Shown: positions 28,870-38,069 of the stretch, piece by piece
How the letters are laid out: every line of letters begins with the position of its first letter
How positions within the stretch are numbered: position 1 is the first letter of the stretch
Source: Chloroflexota bacterium
GTDB lineage: Bacteria; Chloroflexota; Anaerolineae; Anaerolineales; UBA11858
Length of the DNA stretch: 64,000 bases
NCBI GenBank assembly: GCA_018648225.1
Contig: JABGRQ010000075.1
Coordinates: 166-64,165 of the forward strand
Reading direction: 5' to 3'
Notes under the pieces: generated by a model
Told to the model about the DNA's origin: nothing
Databases searched by the model: none
What the model saw: only the letters and a program-made list of their open reading frames with translations
Position numbers and translations under genes: made by a program

Positions 28870-30246
28870 ATGCCGCAAACCCAAATCTCTTGCCCCAATT
28901 GCCGCCAACCAATTATGGCGGACGTTAACCAGCTTTTCGATGTCGCTCAGGAGCCGCAAGCCAAACAAAACCTGCTCTCTGGGATGTATAACCTGGCGCA
29001 ATGCCCCCATTGCGGGTATCAGGGCAATCTAGCTACCCCGATCGTATATCACGATCCTGATAAAGAATTGTTGCTAACCTTTTTCCCGCCCGAACTCAAT
29101 ATGCCGCGTAATGAGCAAGAGCGTTTGGTCGGGCCACTGATTAAGAGAGTTGTTGATAATCTCCCCCAGGAAAAACGCAAAGGCTATCTTTTTAGCCCCA
29201 AGACGATGCTGACTTTTAAGGGCATGATTGAATTAATTCTTGAAGCGGATGGGATTAGTAAAGAGATGCTTGATGCGCAGGAAAAACGCATGGGGCTGAT
29301 TCAGCGCCTGTTAGAAGCTTCGCTCGATGGGCGCAAGGCGCTGATCGAACAAGAAGATGCTTTGATCGATGATGATTTCTTTACCCTCTTCTCGCGCTTG
29401 GCAGAAGTTGCCTTGATGAGCAACGATTCCGCCAACGCTGAGGGTTTGCGCGCCACACAGGAAGCACTGCTCTTGCACAGCACGAAAGGCCGCCAACTCA
29501 AAAAGGAAGCCGAAGAAATTCACGCCGCGCGGCAAGAGCTGGAAGCGATTGGTCAGGCCCTAACCCGCGAAACATTGCTTGATTTGATCATCGCTTCGCC
29601 CAATGCTGCGCGTACCCGCGCCTATGTGCAGATGGTACGCCCCGGCCTGGATTATCAATTTTTCCAGATATTGAGTGAGCGTATCGATTCGGCGGCGGGC
29701 GATGAAAAACAACGCCTGGAAGCTTTGCGCGCGCAATTACTTGAACTCACCCAAGAGATTGATCGTGTGCTTGAACAACGCAAGCAGCTTGCCCGTAAAA
29801 ATCTGGATTCACTACTGGAAGTAGACGATATTGCTGCAGCCTTGCAATCCAATCTCGGCGCGGTGGATGAATTATTTGTGGAGGCATTAACCGAAGCCCT
29901 CGAAGAAGCTCAACAGGCTGGCGATTTGGCACGCTCCGAAAAACTTGGCGAGGTTATGGCGGCGCTTGAATCTTTCAGCGCCCAACCCCCCGAAATGGAA
30001 TTTGTTGAGCAATTACTCGAACTTGCAGATGACGAAGATGCTGTAAAGCACTTGTTGCAATCCCAAACCGAGGAAACCCAACAGAAGCTCTCTGAACTGT
30101 TGATGAATTTATTGACGCAGGTTCAGACCAGCGCCGAACAGGCTCAGGGTGCTGCAAGGGAACAACAACTGGAATTGGCTAATCAACTGCAACAAGTATT
30201 CAACATCGCTTTACAGTTTTCTATGGAAAAAAACATTAAAGGGTAG
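28870..30246 (+). CDS. CpXC domain protein with long acidic helical C-terminal region
   Basis: N-terminal CPNC..(37 aa)..CPHCGY zinc-ribbon-like CpXC pattern, then ~330 aa of Glu/Leu/Ala/Gln-rich predicted helix. Confidence 0.65.
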   Translation: MPQTQISCPNCRQPIMADVNQLFDVAQEPQAKQNLLSGMYNLAQCPHCGYQGNLATPIVYHDPDKELLLTFFPPELNMPRNEQERLVGPLIKRVVDNLPQEKRKGYLFSPKTMLTFKGMIELILEADGISKEMLDAQEKRMGLIQRLLEASLDGRKALIEQEDALIDDDFFTLFSRLAEVALMSNDSANAEGLRATQEALLLHSTKGRQLKKEAEEIHAARQELEAIGQALTRETLLDLIIASPNAARTRAYVQMVRPGLDYQFFQILSERIDSAAGDEKQRLEALRAQLLELTQEIDRVLEQRKQLARKNLDSLLEVDDIAAALQSNLGAVDELFVEALTEALEEAQQAGDLARSEKLGEVMAALESFSAQPPEMEFVEQLLELADDEDAVKHLLQSQTEETQQKLSELLMNLLTQVQTSAEQAQGAAREQQLELANQLQQVFNIALQFSMEKNIKG

Positions 30247-30263
30247 CGCCTATACCACACAAC

Positions 30264-30303
30264 AAAAAAAGAACAGCGACGTAAATGCCGCTGTTCTTTT
30301 TTT
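30264..30303. terminator. bidirectional terminator between convergent genes
   Basis: 15-bp stem aaaaaaagaacagcg / cgctgttcttttttt with a 10-nt loop. Confidence 0.7.
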
Positions 30304-30337
30304 GTTGTAGTTTTTCTTGTGAACAAAGCCAACGAAT

Positions 30338-31432
30338 TTATACGTTGAAACGGAATAGAATCACATCCCCATCTTGTACCAAATAATCCCTGCCTTCAGA
30401 ACGCAGCAAACCGGCTGCTTTTAGGGCGGCATCACTGCCATATTCGGCAAAAATTTCAAAAGGTACTACCTCCGCCCGGATAAAACCGCGTTCAAAATCA
30501 TTGTGGATGATCCCGGCTGCCTGTGGCGCTTTGGTGCCGCACAAAATTTGCCAGGCGCGCACTTCCCGTTCATTTTTTGTAAAATAGCTGATTAATTTAA
30601 GCGTTGCAAAACCCTTTCGGATCACCTGCTCGAGGCCACTCTCTTGCGCGCCTGCCAACTCCAGGAATTCTTTTTGTTCATCCGGGGTCATGCCGATGAG
30701 TTCTTCTTCAAGTTTGCCGCATAGTAGAACGAATTCAGAATTTTGCCCCGTAGCAATGGTCTGGATGATTTGTATGCAGGAATTCGCGCCGTCAAGCCCG
30801 GTTTCGTCCACATTGGCAGCGAAGATGACCGGTTTGGCGGTCAGGAAGCGCAATTCCTGGATGAGTAAGGTGAGTGGATTGCTCGAAGGGAAACTTGAAA
30901 CCGGGTTGCCGTTTTCGAGGTGCGCTTTCAACCCCTGTGCGGTTTCCATCACCGGGATGAGATTTCGATCCCCTTTGATGGCGCTGGTGAGACGTTCGAT
31001 CTTACGCTCAAGCTGTTCCAGATCGGCAATGGCCAGCTCGAGTTGGATGGTTTCAATATCCATGCGTGGATCAAACTCCCCACTGACATGCACCACATTG
31101 GGATCATCAAAGCAGCGCACCACATGCACAATCGCATCCACATCACGGATATTGCCCAGAAATTGATTCCCCAGCCCTTCGCCTCGGCTGGCGCCCCGAA
31201 CCAGACCGGCAATATCCACAAATTCGATTGTGGCGAAGATGGCCTCGGGTACACCTGTGAGCTCCTTCAAGCGCATCAGGCGCGTATCTCTCAAGGGTAC
31301 AATCGCTCGATTGGGCTGAATCGTACAAAAAGGGTAGTTGGCGACTTCGGCGTTCTGCGTGCGGGTAAGCGCGTTGAATACAGTGCTTTTTCCAACATTT
31401 GGCAGGCCAACGATCCCAATTTTCAGGCTCAT
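30338..31432 (-). CDS. ychF: redox-regulated ATPase YchF
   Basis: MSLKIGIVGLPNVGKSTVFNALT, with TGS and C-terminal domains. 364 aa. Confidence 0.95.
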   Translation of the reverse strand: MSLKIGIVGLPNVGKSTVFNALTRTQNAEVANYPFCTIQPNRAIVPLRDTRLMRLKELTGVPEAIFATIEFVDIAGLVRGASRGEGLGNQFLGNIRDVDAIVHVVRCFDDPNVVHVSGEFDPRMDIETIQLELAIADLEQLERKIERLTSAIKGDRNLIPVMETAQGLKAHLENGNPVSSFPSSNPLTLLIQELRFLTAKPVIFAANVDETGLDGANSCIQIIQTIATGQNSEFVLLCGKLEEELIGMTPDEQKEFLELAGAQESGLEQVIRKGFATLKLISYFTKNEREVRAWQILCGTKAPQAAGIIHNDFERGFIRAEVVPFEIFAEYGSDAALKAAGLLRSEGRDYLVQDGDVILFRFNV

Positions 31433-31442
31433 TTGAATAGAT

Positions 31443-31889
31443 TTACAGTTCCGATGTGCAATGTGGACAACGGGTGGCTTTTAGCGGAATTGTAGTGAAG
31501 CAGTATGGACATTCTTTCTCGGTGGGTTCTGCAGGGGGAGCTTCTTCTTCCTTCTGCATGCGGTTGACACCGCGAATGAGCAAGAAAAGCGCAAAAGCCA
31601 TTATCAGGAAAATGATAATGGAGTTGATGAACAGGCCATAGTTGATTGTCACTGCTCCGGCCTCCTGAGCCAGTGCCAGCGTGGTGTATGGGCCGGGGAT
31701 TGCGCCGGACTTCAGCATAAAAAACAGGTTTGAAAAGTCTACATCCCCGAGCAATAGCCCAATTGGCGGCATAAGAACGTCATTGACGAGAGATTTAATA
31801 ATGGCGCCGAAAGCGCCGCCAATAATAACGCCAATTGCCATATCGAGCACATTGCCGCGCATCATGAAAGTTTTGAATTCTTTGAGCAT
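31443..31889 (-). CDS. mscL: large-conductance mechanosensitive channel with C-terminal CxxC..CxxC tail
   Basis: [39 protein letters not shown], with the C-terminal tail [18 protein letters not shown]. Confidence 0.9.
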   Translation of the reverse strand: MLKEFKTFMMRGNVLDMAIGVIIGGAFGAIIKSLVNDVLMPPIGLLLGDVDFSNLFFMLKSGAIPGPYTTLALAQEAGAVTINYGLFINSIIIFLIMAFALFLLIRGVNRMQKEEEAPPAEPTEKECPYCFTTIPLKATRCPHCTSEL

Positions 31890-31919
31890 AATGACTCCTT
31901 CTGTGTACCTTTTATTGAT

Positions 31920-32588
31920 TTATTCTTGGGAGGGATTATCAATACGCAGTCCGTGACCGCGGACTGTGGCGATGTAGGTATGCACGGAATCAATTTCGGC
32001 CAGTCGCCCGCGCAAACGCCGTACCAGCGCATCTAAGGCTTGATTCGTGATGTCCATAACAGAATCATCACCCCAGACCGTAGCCATCAAAATCTCCCTG
32101 GAAACTACATTGCCATTCTCTTCATAGAGAATCTCGAGTAACTTATATTGTGATGCGGACAAAGGCGGCAGCAATTCAATATTATTGATCCATACCCGCC
32201 TAGAGCGTTTTTCTATCCGCAATTTGACATTCTCTGCGGGGTGGAGTGGGGCTTCCAATTCAATCGGTAAAGTGGCATCAGAACTCAAATAAACAAATTT
32301 TTGCGCCAAAGCAATGTAGATAACATCCCCGTCTACTAATGGCGTCGGTACGGTAAGGCGTTCCCCGTTGCAGTGCGTGCCATTTTTGCTGTTGAGATCT
32401 TCAAGCAAGGCGCCATTTGGGGTGAGCGATATTCGTGCGTGATGCCGGGAAACCTGACGGTTCTGAATCGTGATGCCGCAGTCATGATCCCTGCCCAGGA
32501 TAATGTCTTCTCTTAGCATCCAGCGCTGACCGTCGAGATTGCCCTCATGCCCGATTAATACTGGTATATCGTGGTTATTCGACACCAT
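31920..32588 (-). CDS. FHA domain / OmpR-type winged-helix DNA-binding regulator
   Basis: FHA signature (GRD..SRHHA..SKNGT) followed by a Trans_reg_C-like region (LSASQYKLLEIL..SREILMATVWG..ALDALVRRLRGRL..TVRGHGLRI). The start is uncertain (32588, 32606 or 32651). Confidence 0.8.
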   Translation of the reverse strand: MVSNNHDIPVLIGHEGNLDGQRWMLREDIILGRDHDCGITIQNRQVSRHHARISLTPNGALLEDLNSKNGTHCNGERLTVPTPLVDGDVIYIALAQKFVYLSSDATLPIELEAPLHPAENVKLRIEKRSRRVWINNIELLPPLSASQYKLLEILYEENGNVVSREILMATVWGDDSVMDITNQALDALVRRLRGRLAEIDSVHTYIATVRGHGLRIDNPSQE

Positions 32589-32633
32589 ATCCGAGTATAA
32601 TATCATAAAATTTTGCTTTGGGAAAATTGTTAT

Positions 32634-33623
32634 ATGCCTGTACCACATCATACTGGAGATATTCTAAAAGAGCGTTACAAAATAAACCGCATTATCGGTC
32701 AGGGCGGTATGGGGAGTGTTTATCTGGCGGATGATCTACGTCTGGAAGGGCGCTTATGCGCTTTGAAAGAAGTATTTCATGACCCGCAGATATCGGAAAC
32801 TCTGCGCCAACAATCGCGTGATCAATTTTTGCGTGAAGCGACAGTTTTGGCGCGCCTGGACCATCCGAATTTACCTAAGGTATCTGATTTTTTTGCCATT
32901 GAAGAACGCGATTACCTGGTCATGGATTTTGTTCCCGGGCGCGATCTAAGCGTGCTGATGACAGAAGCGCGCCTGAAAAAGGAATTTTTGGATGAGCGCG
33001 AAGTGCTCACTTGGGCGGCCCAATTGGCTGATGCGTTGATCTATTTACATGGGCAAGAACCCTCCATTGTGCATCGGGATATTAAGCCGAGCAACCTTAA
33101 ACTCACCCCCGCGGGGGTGGTTAAATTAGTTGATTTTGGCTTGGTGAAAATTCTTGCCAGCGATGAAATCACGATAACTGTTGTACAAGGGCGTGGCACC
33201 GCCGCATACACGCCGCTGGAGCAATATGGCGGCGATGCCGGTCATACCGATGTGCGTAGCGATGTTTTCTCGTTTGGAGCCACGCTCTATCACATGCTCA
33301 CAAATCAATCTCCGCGGGAAGCGCGTGATCGCTTCTTGCAGCCGGGGCTTCTTGTCCTGCCGCGGGATATCAACACATCCCTAAGCCCGCGCACAGAGCG
33401 CGCGATCCTGTGGGCGATGAGTTTGCACCCGGAAGAACGACCGCAAAGTATGGAAACATTTCGGCAAGCATTGTTGGGAGATTGGAACCCGGTCAACCAG
33501 CCAAAGTCGCTTATGCCTGCCCCCACTCTGATCGATTTACTCGCATCGCCGTTTGAACGCCGCCTGATCTGGATTTCATTAGGGCTGCTATTTGTCAGTT
33601 TGATCGCCACCCTTTGGCAGTAG
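32634..33623 (+). CDS. tail-anchored Hanks-type Ser/Thr protein kinase
   Basis: [28 protein letters not shown] and a single C-terminal TM helix ([18 protein letters not shown]). The start at ATG 32634 avoids overlap with the divergent gene. Confidence 0.9.
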   Translation: MPVPHHTGDILKERYKINRIIGQGGMGSVYLADDLRLEGRLCALKEVFHDPQISETLRQQSRDQFLREATVLARLDHPNLPKVSDFFAIEERDYLVMDFVPGRDLSVLMTEARLKKEFLDEREVLTWAAQLADALIYLHGQEPSIVHRDIKPSNLKLTPAGVVKLVDFGLVKILASDEITITVVQGRGTAAYTPLEQYGGDAGHTDVRSDVFSFGATLYHMLTNQSPREARDRFLQPGLLVLPRDINTSLSPRTERAILWAMSLHPEERPQSMETFRQALLGDWNPVNQPKSLMPAPTLIDLLASPFERRLIWISLGLLFVSLIATLWQ

Positions 33624-33643
33624 CCAGCGTCTTTTTGTATGGT

Positions 33644-36415
33644 TTATTTTTTAGGTTGATCGTTGAAGAAAAGTACCATAGCTCCCCATCCAAATAACGC
33701 GCCAAGAAAAGCCAGTAATAATAATCCCCAGGGGTGATTCCCCTCTGCAATCCATGCGCTGCCGGGCAAGGCCAGTGCGCCATAGGTGTAGGTCAATAGC
33801 CCCGAAATAATGGCGGCAAAGCCCCAGCGCACTCCCAGACGTACCTGTCCGCGCAAAGCTCCGCTGCGGGATGCGCCCCAGGCTACGGCAAAGATAATTG
33901 CAAGAGCAAAAATCCAATCGAGTACCTGGCTACTGGTCGAAGGTGTTTCGGGCATGGGAGTTGGCAGCGGCGTGGGCGGCGGTTGGGTGGCCGTGGCGGT
34001 TGGTTCTGGTGTTGCGGTTGGCTCTGGTGTGGGGGTTGGTGTGGGGCCTTCAGGAACAGGGATTTCAAAGATAATTTCCACGGAGGCTGCTGATCCGCTG
34101 GTGGCTTTGATATTGATAAAGCCGGACTGGACGAATTGATAATCGGTAGCTGTGATACCGGCTTGCGTCATTACGCTGATGGCGGGCATCTCCTGTCCGT
34201 TGATTGTGATAATGAATTGCACGGGCGTATTATCTGGAACGGGATTGCCATTGTGATCGAGAATCACGCCTGTTTCCAGGTGGATGGTATCGTCCAACTC
34301 ATACCGAGAGACAGGAGTCGCTTGAAGGCCAGGATCACCAACGAGCAAGGGCTGTGTGTCCACTCTCAGGGGGATCGGATGAGCCGGGTTGGGAGAAGTC
34401 GCTGTGATGAGGTCGTAGCCAATCCCATGAACAGAGACGGGCAGTGCACCCTCGGGGTTGGAAATTTCCTTAAAAAGCAAACGCGCAGCAACATCCATAA
34501 ACGCCGATGTTTTCCCGTATAGGCTGAAATAGGCTGTCAGTTTGGAGATATCTGTAGCATCAAGGTAATAAGGTGCGTTGGCCGCGAAGACGATGATTTT
34601 TTTATTGCTGCTGAGGTCCGGGCGTTCAGCCAGAAAGCGTTGTAAGGCCAGCGATTCCGGGCGGCCCAGATCAATATTGAGCATGGTAAAAACCAGCCAG
34701 TGCGCGCGGCCAATGCTGTTTTCGACCGATTGCGCTTCGTCGCTGTTATCCAGTATATTGGCGAGTTGCGCGAAAGTGATTGAACTCAGATTCGCCGGGG
34801 TGATTAGATTGCCCGCATTGGGGCCAAACAAGCTGATAACCGATTGCTGTAACGCATCGGGTGAAAGCACCGGTTCAATCGGGCACTCGCTACATTGCTG
34901 GCTGTCATACGTATCCGTGATGAAGACGATTCGGTCGTTGCGGTTGGGGGTATTTGGGATGACATTATCTAACTCGTCAAGCGGCGGGCTGAGCAAGGTG
35001 GCCGCGCGTTGGGCTACTTCGTAGGTGATTTGCTTCGACTCGGCAGAATTGATCTCGGCAATATCGCCCTGTGGCAGCACCAGATTAGGCGTGAAAAAGC
35101 CATACATTCGGAATTTTAGCGTCAGGATGCGCAATACAGATTCGTCCACCCGTTGTGCAAAGACAGGATCAGCGCGATATTTTTGGGCAAAAAAATCGAG
35201 CGTGCCCAAAATTGTTGTGTAGGCGTCTGGGTCGTCACTACTAATAAAATTATTTAGATACAGAATATCATTGCCCGCCAGAAACGCATCGAGGGCTAAT
35301 CGGCTGGCATTGAAAGTTTGCTCAGTGGGGTCATGAAAGCGGCGCACAGCACGGCTGCCGAGATCATCGCTGATCATAATGCCGCCATCCTCGCGCCAGC
35401 CAGAGATGGGGTCTAGTTGCATCAGCAAGTTGAGCGCGGGTTGATCAAAACTCACCGGGCGCGTGGTTGAGCGAATATTGCCTTGCAACCCCTGATAGCG
35501 AATATGCGATACCAGCAGCGCGTCGAGCCGTTCTGTGGCATCTTCAGTGCTGCCAGTAACGCTAAAGAAAGGGGCTAATTCAATTTGTTGAAGTTGTTCC
35601 AGCGATTTACGCACCGTGGCGATTTCATATTCTGGCAGGCGGTCGGCGCTGCCCAGCCCAGGGAAGTGGGTGCCAACAACAGCAATTTTCCCCTGGCTGC
35701 CTTCGTGGACACCAGTAATATAGGCACGCGCCATTTCACCCACCCAATATGGGTCGCCGCCGAAAACGCGCACATTCAAATCGCCTTCGCCGTCCGGGTT
35801 GGGAATATCGGACACATCCAGCGAAGGCCCGAAGAGTAAATTAAATCCCAGGGTGCTTAATTCCCGTCCGGCCAGCGCACCAATTTGTTGAGCCAGGTCG
35901 AGATTCCATGTTGCGCCAATCGCCAATTGGCTGGGAAGCTGTGTAATTCCGTGGTGGATCTGGGAGCGCGGCGCGCCATCGCCTTCTTGGGTGATGCCTA
36001 CGAACAAGGGAATATTGGCGGGTAAAAACATCTCCGCACTGATAGGGTCGCTGTGTTCGGTTTGGCTGCTGGAATAACGGCTGTTTTGTAATTTTGTGAT
36101 GAGATAGCGGGTATTTTCCGCGGTTTGGTCAATCGTGAAATTATCGTTGATCTGGCTGAGAATCACTCCGCCCAGGTAATGATTGGTGATGAGATCATAG
36201 ATTTGAGTTTCCGATCCGGCTTCGGTGCCCTGAAAGGTGACCAGGAATAGCTGCCCAACGCGTTCTTCCGGAGTGAGTTGGGCAAGCAGTTCTTGCGCCC
36301 GCGTTTCAGGGCTGCCTTCTTGTATCGGAAGCGCGGCCTGTCCGGAGATATAGGGCAGAAATAACAAAAACAACGCCAAAACTAGCGCCAGTTTTGTATG
36401 GCGAAAACTTCTCAA
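33644..36415 (-). CDS. large GH3-family (NagZ-like N-terminal domain) exoprotein with C-terminal membrane anchor
   Basis: Signal peptide. FGPSLDV, THFPGLGSAD and IMISDDLGS parallel NagZ/GH3 motifs. A PT-rich linker and 3-4 C-terminal TM helices follow. TTG start after GGAGAAGGA. Confidence 0.75.
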   Translation of the reverse strand: MRSFRHTKLALVLALFLLFLPYISGQAALPIQEGSPETRAQELLAQLTPEERVGQLFLVTFQGTEAGSETQIYDLITNHYLGGVILSQINDNFTIDQTAENTRYLITKLQNSRYSSSQTEHSDPISAEMFLPANIPLFVGITQEGDGAPRSQIHHGITQLPSQLAIGATWNLDLAQQIGALAGRELSTLGFNLLFGPSLDVSDIPNPDGEGDLNVRVFGGDPYWVGEMARAYITGVHEGSQGKIAVVGTHFPGLGSADRLPEYEIATVRKSLEQLQQIELAPFFSVTGSTEDATERLDALLVSHIRYQGLQGNIRSTTRPVSFDQPALNLLMQLDPISGWREDGGIMISDDLGSRAVRRFHDPTEQTFNASRLALDAFLAGNDILYLNNFISSDDPDAYTTILGTLDFFAQKYRADPVFAQRVDESVLRILTLKFRMYGFFTPNLVLPQGDIAEINSAESKQITYEVAQRAATLLSPPLDELDNVIPNTPNRNDRIVFITDTYDSQQCSECPIEPVLSPDALQQSVISLFGPNAGNLITPANLSSITFAQLANILDNSDEAQSVENSIGRAHWLVFTMLNIDLGRPESLALQRFLAERPDLSSNKKIIVFAANAPYYLDATDISKLTAYFSLYGKTSAFMDVAARLLFKEISNPEGALPVSVHGIGYDLITATSPNPAHPIPLRVDTQPLLVGDPGLQATPVSRYELDDTIHLETGVILDHNGNPVPDNTPVQFIITINGQEMPAISVMTQAGITATDYQFVQSGFINIKATSGSAASVEIIFEIPVPEGPTPTPTPEPTATPEPTATATQPPPTPLPTPMPETPSTSSQVLDWIFALAIIFAVAWGASRSGALRGQVRLGVRWGFAAIISGLLTYTYGALALPGSAWIAEGNHPWGLLLLAFLGALFGWGAMVLFFNDQPKK

Positions 36416-36435
36416 TGATCCTTCTCCAATGAAGC

Positions 36436-36483
36436 CCGAAAATAGGGAGGTGAGGCTATAGTAGCGGTAGTCCTTATTTTCGG
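36436..36483. repeat. intercistronic hairpin, possible degenerate member of the palindromic element family
   Basis: 13-bp stem ccgaaaataggga / tccttattttcgg (one G-T). The reverse complement shares ccctaWtttcgggcttc with the 7961-7985 arm of copy 1. Confidence 0.45.
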
Positions 36484-37290
36484 TTATACACGTTCTTGCG
36501 CGAGTATTTCGCGCAATCGTTTTCGGCGGGCGTTGCCGCTGAGTAACTCCAGGTCGCGCACACCGAGCGGGTCAACCTCATGGCGAATGAGTTCGAGTTC
36601 CTCGGTGGAGGGCGGTTCTGTTTCGTGAACATCCGGCGCAATTTCAAGCTCAAACCTGGTTTTGGCCTGAATACGTGCAATGCTGACGCCGGGGTGATAG
36701 GATATCAGGCGCATGTGCCCGTTTGCATAGTCAAATTGTCCCAGATCGCTGATCAGGTAGCGCGGCCCCGCGCCATGCTGCCGTTCAGGATGATAGCCCA
36801 GCCCGGAGCGAAAATCAACCCTTTCGACGAATGTTACCCGCGAGTGGCGCGGCACATACAGGTAAATATCGCTGATAAACGTGGTCACATCAGGGATGCC
36901 GCCGCTGCCCGGCAAGCGTAATCGGGGCTTCGCATAGTCATTGCCGAAGGCCAGGTTGTTGAAGTTGCCGTGTGCATCCACCTGGCCTGGGCGAAAAAAT
37001 TCCTTTGGACGCAAATTGGGCAAAATATCCGCCGCTGCGCGCACAAAACCCACGTTATTCAGAGAACGGTCAAGCCACAGGCTTTCAATGCTGGCGATTC
37101 CCAGCGGGGCTGGATGTTGGCAAATACCCTGCCCAATGGCGGAGGCAAAATACAAGTCGGGGGCGTGTGTATGGCGGGCGAGCAAATAGGCCGCCGTGAC
37201 TAACGGGGTGGCGATCCCCTGCGCAACGACTTCGCCGTTTTCTACCTGACGCGCCATACACGCTACCATAACTTCGGCAGGCGTGAACAT
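36484..37290 (-). CDS. CoA-transferase beta-subunit-like protein (glutaconate CoA-transferase B family)
   Basis: QVDAHGNFNN..RLPGSGGIPD..TFVERVDF..PST(E)ELELIRHEVDPLG matches the family-I CoA-transferase beta pattern. No alpha subunit is adjacent. Confidence 0.65.
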   Translation of the reverse strand: MFTPAEVMVACMARQVENGEVVAQGIATPLVTAAYLLARHTHAPDLYFASAIGQGICQHPAPLGIASIESLWLDRSLNNVGFVRAAADILPNLRPKEFFRPGQVDAHGNFNNLAFGNDYAKPRLRLPGSGGIPDVTTFISDIYLYVPRHSRVTFVERVDFRSGLGYHPERQHGAGPRYLISDLGQFDYANGHMRLISYHPGVSIARIQAKTRFELEIAPDVHETEPPSTEELELIRHEVDPLGVRDLELLSGNARRKRLREILAQERV

Positions 37291-38060
37291 CAGGCCGCTG
37301 CCTCGGGGTTTGGCAATTTTTCGAGAATGCCACGCGCCAGCAACGGGTCATCGGTGAAGATCCCGTCAATCTGCCAGGCGAAGAGTCGAGCCATATCTTC
37401 CGGATGATTAACCGTATAGGCGTGGACTCTGCATCCGTGCTGGTGCTGTTTGTGAATCAGGCGCGGCGTGACATCGCTCAGGGCTGGGTGCAGCGCCCTG
37501 TAGGGGATACTACGCCCGAGGGCCGAGCGCGCCCACGCGCCCCCAATCCCCGAGAGCGCCAGCAACCCCAGGGGAACCTGCGGCAGCAACTTGTGCGCCT
37601 GGCGCAGCGCAATCGGGTTGAAAGAAGAAAAGAAAACCCGTTCCGTTAGGCCGTATTGCTCAATCAGAGCAACCACTTTTTCGGGGAGTGTGTCGCGCGG
37701 GCTGCGGTAATTGGTGAGTTCGATATTAATATAGGTTTTTTGCCCGACGCTTTCAAAAACTTCGGCCAATGTGGGGATTCTTTCTTCGCAAAAGGTGACA
37801 TCGAAACTACAACCCGCATCCAGCTCTTTCAGCGCCGCCAAAGAGTGTTCGTGTATCCAGCCGCTGCCATCGGTTGTGCGTTCCAGGGTTTGGTCGTGGA
37901 AGACAATCACTTCGCCATCTGCGGATAGTTTGGCATCCAGTTCAATTGCGTCGGCAAACTGGCGCACGGCCAATTCAAAGGCTGCCAGGGTGTTTTCAGG
38001 AGCGTGCGCGCTGGCGCCGCGGTGAGCAAAAATAGTGGGAGTAGGAAGTTTTTCAAACAT
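37290..38060 (-). CDS. glycerophosphodiester phosphodiesterase
   Basis: IFAHRGASAHAPENTLAAFELAV..IELDAKLSADGEVIVFHD (GDPD motifs). Confidence 0.9.
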   Translation of the reverse strand: MFEKLPTPTIFAHRGASAHAPENTLAAFELAVRQFADAIELDAKLSADGEVIVFHDQTLERTTDGSGWIHEHSLAALKELDAGCSFDVTFCEERIPTLAEVFESVGQKTYINIELTNYRSPRDTLPEKVVALIEQYGLTERVFFSSFNPIALRQAHKLLPQVPLGLLALSGIGGAWARSALGRSIPYRALHPALSDVTPRLIHKQHQHGCRVHAYTVNHPEDMARLFAWQIDGIFTDDPLLARGILEKLPNPEAAA

Positions 38061-38069
38061 CGCTGCGGG

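Noticed and set aside
33940-34070. Periodic DNA (ggttctggtgttgcggtt-like units). Similar periodicity occurs at 19150-19330 and 19930-20040. It could be mistaken for tandem or CRISPR-like repeats.
   Set aside because: These regions encode Pro/Thr/Ala/Glu linkers (PTPTPEPTATPEPTAT, PTEIPPTEIP) of secreted proteins. There is no spacer-repeat organisation.
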